Shown here piece after piece: positions 57,628-64,000 of a stretch of DNA of 64,000 nt; the first letter of the stretch is position 1, and every line of letters starts with the position of its first letter. Location: NCBI GenBank assembly GCA_016207405.1, contig JACQPQ010000020.1:7445-71444 (forward strand), in the 5' to 3' direction. The stretch comes from Gammaproteobacteria bacterium (GTDB lineage: Bacteria > Pseudomonadota > Gammaproteobacteria > JACQPQ01). The notes under the pieces were generated by a model that saw nothing but the letters and a program-made list of their open reading frames with translations, was not told the origin of the DNA and did not search any database. Made by a program: the position numbers and the translations under genes.

Positions 57628-58355
57628 TACAGATTTTCTAAACCATACACCAAATGATCCAAATCAATTACTTTTTTACAAGCCAAAAGTACCCCCGGCA
57701 TAAAAGCACTGCGGTCAAAAGTGACGTGAGAAAGCGTGAGCGTTTCGCCACTACCTCCAAAAATCACTTCTTGCTCTGCATATATGCCTGGTAATCGCAC
57801 AGAATGGATGGGGATGTTCTGATACAATGCCCCTCGCGCACCTTTTACAGTTTCTTTCTGAATAGAGAGAGAAACCTTCTCTTTCCGACTCTTAACAATA
57901 CGCTCTGCTGTTTGTAATGCCGTTGCCGAAGGAGAATCTTTTTTCCCCGGGTGATGTTTCTCAATAATTTCGACATGTGGGAAAAAAGCAACTATTTGTT
58001 CGGCACATTGCATCATCCACAGTGCACCTAATGAAAAATTAGGTGCAATAACCCCACCCAATTTTTTCTGTGCGCTTTTAGCTTGTAAATGAGCTCTTTC
58101 TGACTCTGATAACCCACTGGTTCCTATAACAGGATGGATCCCTGCTTCGATAATCGTTAACGCATTTTGGTAAACGACTTCAGCCGAGGTAAAATCCACC
58201 ACCACTGCCGGACGCTTCTCAATAATAAGCGCTTTTAGGTCATCTCCGCGCTTACCTTCCCCTACGATCTCCAATTCGGGATCGTCAAGAATCGCTTTTA
58301 CTGTCTTCTCCCCCATACGCCCATAGGCACCATTCACGAATACTCGAATCGACAC
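57627..58355 (-). CDS. dapB: 4-hydroxy-tetrahydrodipicolinate reductase
   Basis: N-terminal NAD motif VNGAYGRMG and the DapB signature EIIEKHHPGKKDSPSATA are present. Confidence 0.8.
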   Translation of the reverse strand: MSIRVFVNGAYGRMGEKTVKAILDDPELEIVGEGKRGDDLKALIIEKRPAVVVDFTSAEVVYQNALTIIEAGIHPVIGTSGLSESERAHLQAKSAQKKLGGVIAPNFSLGALWMMQCAEQIVAFFPHVEIIEKHHPGKKDSPSATALQTAERIVKSRKEKVSLSIQKETVKGARGALYQNIPIHSVRLPGIYAEQEVIFGGSGETLTLSHVTFDRSAFMPGVLLACKKVIDLDHLVYGLENL

Positions 58356-58437
58356 AATTTATCCTCTCTTAATAAAATAGTACGAATATTTAACGCTCTG
58401 GCAGAAGCAAAGTAAAGCTTAAGTGCTTCAGTGTTAG

Positions 58438-58566
58438 CCCAAAGTAGTAATGTCCGTTTTCTCCAAAGTAGAAATGTCCGCTTTTAACAGGTTGAACTTC
58501 CTAACATTCAACCTGTTAAAAGCGGACATTTCTACTTTGGAGAAAACCGGACATTTTAACTTTGGG
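58438..58566. repeat. 129-bp nested palindromic element: perfect 36-bp inverted repeat with a 10-nt loop, plus outer inverted half-sites
   Basis: ctccaaagtagaaatgtccgcttttaacaggttgaa-cttcctaaca-ttcaacctgttaaaagcggacatttctactttggag is a perfect 36-bp palindrome. It is flanked by cccaaagtagtaatgtccg (58438-58456) and its reverse complement ccggacattttaactttggg (58547-58566). Confidence 0.7.
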
Positions 58567-58596
58567 TTGACATCCAAAAACACATAATTGTATAAA
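58567..58596 (+). promoter_or_regulatory. candidate sigma70 promoter for hflK-hflC
   Basis: TTGACA, an 18-nt spacer, then TATAAA, about 50 bp upstream of the hflK start and immediately after the palindromic element. Confidence 0.35.
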
Positions 58597-58647
58597 ACTT
58601 TTGGTGTGTTAGTATGATAGGCTCACAAGAAATAAGAGTATACCCGC

Positions 58648-59763
58648 ATGACATGGAATGAACCCGAACAAAAAGACAACCCTTGGAATAAAAATACTTC
58701 CTCCCCAAAAACGGAAGAGCTCATCCGCTCACTTCAAAAAAAGTGGGGGGGCTGGTTTGGCAAAAAAGGTGCGGGGGAAGGAAAGCGCCCTTCTCTTCTC
58801 TCTTTTCTGCCCGTCCTCCTATTGATTGGAGCCGCACTGGGTATTTATATCATTGAACCTGCCGAACGAGCGGTGATTCTTCGTTTTGGCAAATACCATA
58901 ATACCGCAGGCCCTGGCCCTCATTGGCGCATTCCCTTTGTGGATGCAAAAACCGTGGTCAACGTTGACCAGATCCGCTCTCATAGCCGGCATGGCGTCAT
59001 GCTGACCCAAGATGAAAACATCGTGGACATTACACTAGAAGTTCAATATCGCATTAAAGATGTAAAGCCCTATGTTCTCGCAACGCGCGATCCGGATTTT
59101 ATTTTAAAACAAACGACCGAAAGTACATTAAGACAAGTGATAGGGCAAACCGATTTAAACGATGTTCTCACCACCTCTCGTGTCAGCATTGCGGAAGAAA
59201 CCAAACAACATCTTCAAACTTTGTTAGATCAATACCAAACAGGGCTCGCAATTACCCAAGTGAATATGCAAAAGGCCGATCCGCCCCCTCAAGTGAAAGA
59301 AGCCTTTGATGATGTTATCAAAGCACGAGAAGATAAAGTGAGGAGTACCAATGAAGCAGAGTCTTATTCCAATCAGATCCTTCCCCTCGCACGAGGAGAA
59401 GCCCAACGCATCATTGCCGATGCAAAGGGTTATAAAGAACGAACGATTAAACAAGCAGAAGGCGAAGCAACCCGTTTTAACCAGGTTCTTACAGAGTATC
59501 AAAAAGCACCAGAAGTCACCCGTGAACGTCTCTATGTAGAAACGGTAGAGTCTGTTCTAAAAGAAACTAGCAAAATGATACTGGATACTCCAAAAGGATC
59601 CCCTTTATTGATTCTCCCTACAGATAAAATGACGGCAGCTTCTAAAATGACGGAGCCCTCCCTTTCGATGTCGGAAGAAAATAAAAAAGACACGCTCCAA
59701 AACCAAAATTTTAAAAGCACTCCGCCAGAAGATCTGCTTCGGAGTCGAAACAGAGGATCTTAA
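58648..59763 (+). CDS. hflK: protease modulator HflK (SPFH/band 7)
   Basis: 371 aa with an N-terminal TM, SPFH domain and an HflK-like N-terminus. Confidence 0.85.
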   Translation: MTWNEPEQKDNPWNKNTSSPKTEELIRSLQKKWGGWFGKKGAGEGKRPSLLSFLPVLLLIGAALGIYIIEPAERAVILRFGKYHNTAGPGPHWRIPFVDAKTVVNVDQIRSHSRHGVMLTQDENIVDITLEVQYRIKDVKPYVLATRDPDFILKQTTESTLRQVIGQTDLNDVLTTSRVSIAEETKQHLQTLLDQYQTGLAITQVNMQKADPPPQVKEAFDDVIKAREDKVRSTNEAESYSNQILPLARGEAQRIIADAKGYKERTIKQAEGEATRFNQVLTEYQKAPEVTRERLYVETVESVLKETSKMILDTPKGSPLLILPTDKMTAASKMTEPSLSMSEENKKDTLQNQNFKSTPPEDLLRSRNRGS

Positions 59764-59766
59764 AAC

Positions 59767-60636
59767 ATGAAGCTCAATAAAAACTTAAGCTGGTCTCTCC
59801 TCTTTGTGGGTCTTTTCTTGTTTTCCGCCCTTTATACAGTCAACGAAAAAGAAAGAGCCATTTTGCTTCGCTTAGGCGAAATCGTGGAAGAACAGATCGC
59901 ACCGGGGCTACATATCAAAATTCCGCTCTATCATACGGTCAAAAAGTTCGATGGTCGCATTCTAACGCTGGATGCAGAGCCCGAGCGATACCTCACTTCT
60001 GAAAAAAAATCCGTCTTGGTTGACTCCTTTGCAACGTGGCGTATCGATCCGAATAACATCCGAAACTACTATACTGCAACTGCAGGCATTGAGCAGCAAG
60101 GCGCACGACGCTTGTTAGACACCCTGGATAAACGTCTACGCGATGAATTTGCAAATCGAACGATTCAAGAAGTCGTCTCTGGCGAACGAGGACGCATCAT
60201 GGATGAGCTTGTACGTTCTATCAATGCTGAAAGCAAAGAACTGGGCATACAAGTGATTGATGTCCGAGTCAAACAAATTGACTTACCTCAGGAAGTCAGT
60301 GAATCGGTTTACGCCCGCATGAAAACTGCTCGAAACAAAATCGCACGTGATTTACGGTCCAAAGGAGCCGAAGAAGCTGAAATCATTCGAGCCGAAGCGG
60401 ATAGACAACGCACGGTTATCCTAGCAGAAGCCTACAAAGAGTCGGAAACAACACGAGGAGAAGGCGACGCGAAAGCAACTCAGATTTATGCGAGCGCCTA
60501 TAATAAAAATCCAGATTTCTACGCCTTTTATCGCCGCCTATCGGCTTATAGAAATGCCCTGAAAGACAAACAAGATCTTCTTGTCCTTCAACCCGACAGC
60601 GACTTTTTTAAGTTTTTTAAGAAATCGAAAAAATAA
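59767..60636 (+). CDS. hflC: protease modulator HflC (SPFH/band 7)
   Basis: 289 aa, an SPFH protein immediately downstream of hflK. Confidence 0.85.
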   Translation: MKLNKNLSWSLLFVGLFLFSALYTVNEKERAILLRLGEIVEEQIAPGLHIKIPLYHTVKKFDGRILTLDAEPERYLTSEKKSVLVDSFATWRIDPNNIRNYYTATAGIEQQGARRLLDTLDKRLRDEFANRTIQEVVSGERGRIMDELVRSINAESKELGIQVIDVRVKQIDLPQEVSESVYARMKTARNKIARDLRSKGAEEAEIIRAEADRQRTVILAEAYKESETTRGEGDAKATQIYASAYNKNPDFYAFYRRLSAYRNALKDKQDLLVLQPDSDFFKFFKKSKK

Positions 60637-60646
60637 GCTCAATTCA

Positions 60647-61957
60647 ATGGATCCCCTGCTACTCTCTCGTATTCAATTCGTAGCCAATATCACGTTTCAT
60701 ATTCTTTTCCCTGCGATTACGATTGCTTTGAGCTGGGTGCTCTTGTTTTTTAAACTCTGTCACAATAAAACGAAAGATCCAAAATGGAATGAAGCTTACC
60801 AGGCATGGGTTAAAGTCTTCGCCCTCTCGTTTGCTTTAGGCGCGGTCAGTGGCATAACTATGCCCTTTCAGTTTGGGACCAACTGGCCAGGCTTTATGGA
60901 AACGGTAGGAAATATAGCAGGACCTTTTTTAGCTTATGAAGTCCTCACTGCATTTTTTCTAGAAGCTACCTTTCTAGGGATCATGTTATTTGCGCAAAAC
61001 CGCGTACCCAACTGGGTGCACACGCTTGCAACGGTCTTGGTAGCTATTGGAACATTACTTTCTGCCTTTTGGATCCTGGCACTCAATTCCTGGATGCAAA
61101 CCCCCACAGGATTTGAAATGATTGAAGGCAAGGCACATGCCACTGACTGGATGGCAATTGTATTTAACCCTTCTATGCCCTACCGATTGATTCATATGCT
61201 CACCGCCTCTGGTTTAACGGTAGCCTTTCTGATAGCAGGAATATCCGCCTATCGCACCCTTAGAGGAGATAAAGCGCCTAGTGTGCAAGTCGCGCTCAAA
61301 ACAGGAATTGTCCTCGCTGCCCTTCTTACCCCCCTCCAGATTTTTGTAGGCGACCAACATGGATTGAATACGTTCAAATACCAACCCGCAAAGGTCGCTG
61401 CAATAGAAGGCGTTTGGGAAACAGAACGAGGGATCCCCGCTATTATTTTTGCGTTACCGGATGAAGCGACTCGTCAAAATCGGTTTGCCATTCAAATTCC
61501 TAAGCTCTCGAGTTGGATTTTAACTTACGACTGGAATGGAGAAGTCCGTGGACTCAATACCTTTGGAAAAGAGCATCCTCCTGTCGCTCTCGTTTTTTGG
61601 GCATTTCGAATTATGGTCGGTATTGGGCTTTTGATGCTCTTTGCATCTTGGACAGGCGTGTGGCAGCTCATACGGCATCGGGAACTAAAACCCTGGTTTG
61701 CAAAAACACTGGTGTGGATGACGTTTTCAGGATGGTTTGCGGTGATTGCGGGATGGTATACCACAGAAATAGGACGTCAACCTTGGTTGGTTTCTAGAGT
61801 ATTAACGACTGCTGAAGCCGTTTCTCATGTACCCAGCCGAATGATAGGCTTAACGTTAACTTTATATCTTATACTTTATGTCGTTCTATTAGCAGCTTTC
61901 ATATCCGTTCTCTTTTATATGGCTCGACAATCCCATAAATCGGATTTAGAAAGGTAA
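60647..61957 (+). CDS. cydA: cytochrome bd ubiquinol oxidase subunit I
   Basis: Start trimmed to MDPLLLSRIQFVANITFH, which matches the CydA N-terminus. The ORF-track start would overlap hflC. Confidence 0.85.
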   Translation: MDPLLLSRIQFVANITFHILFPAITIALSWVLLFFKLCHNKTKDPKWNEAYQAWVKVFALSFALGAVSGITMPFQFGTNWPGFMETVGNIAGPFLAYEVLTAFFLEATFLGIMLFAQNRVPNWVHTLATVLVAIGTLLSAFWILALNSWMQTPTGFEMIEGKAHATDWMAIVFNPSMPYRLIHMLTASGLTVAFLIAGISAYRTLRGDKAPSVQVALKTGIVLAALLTPLQIFVGDQHGLNTFKYQPAKVAAIEGVWETERGIPAIIFALPDEATRQNRFAIQIPKLSSWILTYDWNGEVRGLNTFGKEHPPVALVFWAFRIMVGIGLLMLFASWTGVWQLIRHRELKPWFAKTLVWMTFSGWFAVIAGWYTTEIGRQPWLVSRVLTTAEAVSHVPSRMIGLTLTLYLILYVVLLAAFISVLFYMARQSHKSDLER

Positions 61958-61961
61958 ACTT

Positions 61962-62963
61962 ATGGAAATATCCACTCAAGCTGAATGGCTACCGCAAGTT
62001 TTCTTTTTGCTTATGGGGGTTGCCTTGTGGCTTTATGTCACTCTAGATGGCTATGACTTGGGTGTTGGCATTTTAATGGGGCGAGCAACCCCCGCAGAAA
62101 AAGATATCCTCATCGCTTCTATTGGCCCATTTTGGGATGCCAATGAAACTTGGCTCGTCTTCGCTGCTGCCATTTTATTGGTGGCTTTCCCTTTAGCTCA
62201 GGGCGTGATTTTAACTGCTCTTTATTTACCCATCTTTTTTACGCTCATTGGGCTTATTCTAAGAGGCGTTGCTTTTGATTTCCGCACAAAAGCACCCCCA
62301 CAGTATAAATCCCTATGGGATAAAGTCTTTATAGCAGGGTCAACCTTAACCGGATTGAGTCAAGGATATATGTTAGGTTCCTATAGCATCGGGTTTGAAC
62401 ATGGCATACATGCCCTCATCCTCGGTGGGATTATGGGCGGATTCCTCGTAGTGGGGTATGCCTTTATTGGAGCCACATGGTTAATTATAAAAACCGAAGG
62501 TGAACTCCAAAAGAAAAGCATTGGTTGGACAAAACAATTTCTCCATTGGGCAATATTGGGGTTGGTGCTGGTTGTACTCACACTGTCTTGGATGAGTCAC
62601 CCTTTTTCTGCACAGTTCACTTCTCCTTATATTTGGGGACTATTACCCGTCCCGATCGGTGCACTCACGCTGGTTCTTGGGCTTGAAACTATTCTCAAAA
62701 AACTTGCCGCTGGGTATACCCGTTATTTGTGGATCCCTTTTGTTGGCGCCGTCGGAATGTTCTTTCTCATTTTTTATGGTTTTTCCTATACTTTTTATCC
62801 TTACCTCGTCCCAGACAAAATAACCCTCTGGGAAGCAGCAGCGAGTTCAGAATCTTTGCGGATTATTTTAATCGGCGTCGTATGTTTACTCCCGATTATT
62901 ATTGCCTATACGCTCTTTGCACACCGCGTTTTTTGGGGAAAGGTGAAAGAATTAACCTATTGA
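61962..62963 (+). CDS. cydB: cytochrome bd ubiquinol oxidase subunit II
   Basis: 333 aa with a CydB-like N-terminus (YVTLDGYDLGVGIL) and multiple TM helices. Confidence 0.8.
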   Translation: MEISTQAEWLPQVFFLLMGVALWLYVTLDGYDLGVGILMGRATPAEKDILIASIGPFWDANETWLVFAAAILLVAFPLAQGVILTALYLPIFFTLIGLILRGVAFDFRTKAPPQYKSLWDKVFIAGSTLTGLSQGYMLGSYSIGFEHGIHALILGGIMGGFLVVGYAFIGATWLIIKTEGELQKKSIGWTKQFLHWAILGLVLVVLTLSWMSHPFSAQFTSPYIWGLLPVPIGALTLVLGLETILKKLAAGYTRYLWIPFVGAVGMFFLIFYGFSYTFYPYLVPDKITLWEAAASSESLRIILIGVVCLLPIIIAYTLFAHRVFWGKVKELTY

Positions 62964-63083
62964 CTCATGGTAGACCGCTCGCTTACGCTCGCTTTGTCCA
63001 CCCTACACCCTACAAATAGTGCAGAAGCGCGCTCTACATGATGATACCTTCTTCTATAATTAAGATAGAGAAGAAGATCCCCG

Positions 63084-64000
63084 ATGGTTCTTTTACTGAA
63101 CAAAAAAATACCCATCCTCCTTAGCCTCGTTTTAAGCATTCTTATTATAGGGGTTGAATTTGGCCTGTGGACGGGCGCTGAACCTTATCTTCAAAGGTTA
63201 GAACACCTCCTGTACGATCTGCGATTACAACTTTTTCCTATTCAACCTCCCCAGATCACTCATCCCAAAATTGTGATCGTATCGATTGATGAAAAGAGTC
63301 TTAAGCAAGAAGGACGTTGGCCCTGGCCTAGAAAGAAGCTCTCAGATCTTGTCGACAGACTCTCTTTACTCTCACCCGCACTCATTACCTTTGACATGGT
63401 TTTTGCAGAAAGGGACCCCCTTCACGACCCTTCATTTATACAAAGCCTCCAAACGAGCAAATCTGTAATTGCCGGTTTTATTTTGCATGAGGGTGATGTG
63501 GATGATGTAGGTACCCTCCCCACCCCAATCTTTGCACAAGAGATCGAGGGAAAAGACTTGCCCATATCTAACCTCTCAGGATTTATTAGTAATCTACCTG
63601 CCATCGAATCTGCACTGTTGGGAAGTGGATTTTTAACTATTTTCCCAGATCACGATGGAATCATTCGAAGAGCACCACTCGTTCTACGACATCGAGATCA
63701 CCTCTACCCTTCACTGGCCCTAGAAGTAGCACGCCGATATCTTCTGGAAGAGTCCATACAGATCAGAATAGCCAAACAAGGCGAAAGGGAAGTGGTGGAA
63801 GCTCTTCACCTCGGAAAATTGCGCACTCCAACAGATAAAAGGGGAGCAGTGTTGATCCCATACACTTCTGATCATTCTTTCTTACAGCTTTCAGCAACTG
63901 ACGTCCTTCAGAACACAGTGGATCCCCAAACGCTTCAAAACGCTATTGTGTTTATCGGGGCGAGTGCGCTTGGCATAGGCGACTTGCAACCCACCCCAAT
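63084..64000 (+). CDS. CHASE2 sensor-domain protein, partial; gene runs off the right window edge
   Basis: The frame from ATG 63084 is open to the window end. It reads MVLLLNKKIPILLSLVL (TM), then KIVIVSIDEKSLKQEGRWPWPRKKLSDLVDRL...ITFDMVFAE, a CHASE2 signature. Confidence 0.65.
   Translation, partial: MVLLLNKKIPILLSLVLSILIIGVEFGLWTGAEPYLQRLEHLLYDLRLQLFPIQPPQITHPKIVIVSIDEKSLKQEGRWPWPRKKLSDLVDRLSLLSPALITFDMVFAERDPLHDPSFIQSLQTSKSVIAGFILHEGDVDDVGTLPTPIFAQEIEGKDLPISNLSGFISNLPAIESALLGSGFLTIFPDHDGIIRRAPLVLRHRDHLYPSLALEVARRYLLEESIQIRIAKQGEREVVEALHLGKLRTPTDKRGAVLIPYTSDHSFLQLSATDVLQNTVDPQTLQNAIVFIGASALGIGDLQPTP

Noticed and set aside
62964-63083. Small cydX-like ORF downstream of cydB (MMIPSSIIKIEKK... 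from 63040)
   Set aside because: The 28-aa product is hydrophilic with no transmembrane helix, unlike CydX/CydY. It is probably leader sequence of the CHASE2 gene.

Overview
This is a 64-kb chromosomal window from a gammaproteobacterium, possibly a Legionellales-like lineage; that placement is a tentative inference from gene content alone. Part 1, described left to right. (1) Positions 1-5465 hold the minus-strand tail of a genomic-island type IV secretion (ICEclc/pKLC102/tfc-class ICE) module: a TraD coupling ATPase, a RAQPRD-like small protein and membrane and exported partners. It abuts tsaC, and no tRNA or att site is visible. (2) Positions 5.6-17 kb are a housekeeping block: tsaC, an S8 subtilisin, an orphan CcmA-like ABC ATPase, fadD, secA, a divergent DUF721/DciA-like gene, orn, a CPAF-like S41 peptidase bracketed by GGTTGGT-type repeats, and an outer-membrane-like protein. 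(3) Positions 18.1-45.5 kb carry a ~27-kb single-strand LPS/O-antigen locus. It contains core-modification genes (LPS kinase, methyltransferase, CE4 deacetylase, acyltransferase). It contains a dTDP-sugar module (rmlC-rmlA-rmlB, FdtA-like ketoisomerase, two DegT aminotransferases, a TcaB9-like C-methyltransferase, GT2, SDR, methyltransferases; no rmlD). It carries an intact IS3-family element with flanking gene wreckage at 30.5-33.0 kb. It contains a pseudaminic-acid-like nonulosonic-acid module (NeuB-like synthase, GNAT, SDR, aminotransferase, Gfo/Idh/MocA, CMP-transferase, plus a PseA-like amidotransferase and an AsnB-like enzyme). It ends with a KpsS/C-like protein and a GT4. (4) Positions 45.5-50.1 kb form an accessory islet: a DinD/Bro-N-like protein, a fused HTH-HATPase-STAS-like regulator, a DUF4258/zinc-ribbon TA pair inside a ~235-bp direct duplication, a REP doublet, a hairpin with iteron-like repeats, and an AAA/DUF4143 ATPase. 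(5) The right end holds lhgO-like, a 1737-aa secreted-looking GT9-like/HEAT-repeat giant protein, suhB, dapB, a striking 129-bp nested palindrome upstream of hflK-hflC, cydA-cydB, and the start of a CHASE2 sensor gene. Part 2, hunting. The main repeat signal is a REP-like family with GTAGG/CCTAC heads at five sites, including one REPIN-like doublet. No CRISPR array, tRNA or rRNA is evident. Many ORF-track starts were trimmed to downstream Met codons that give 1-4-nt (ATGA-type) overlaps typical of translationally coupled operons.
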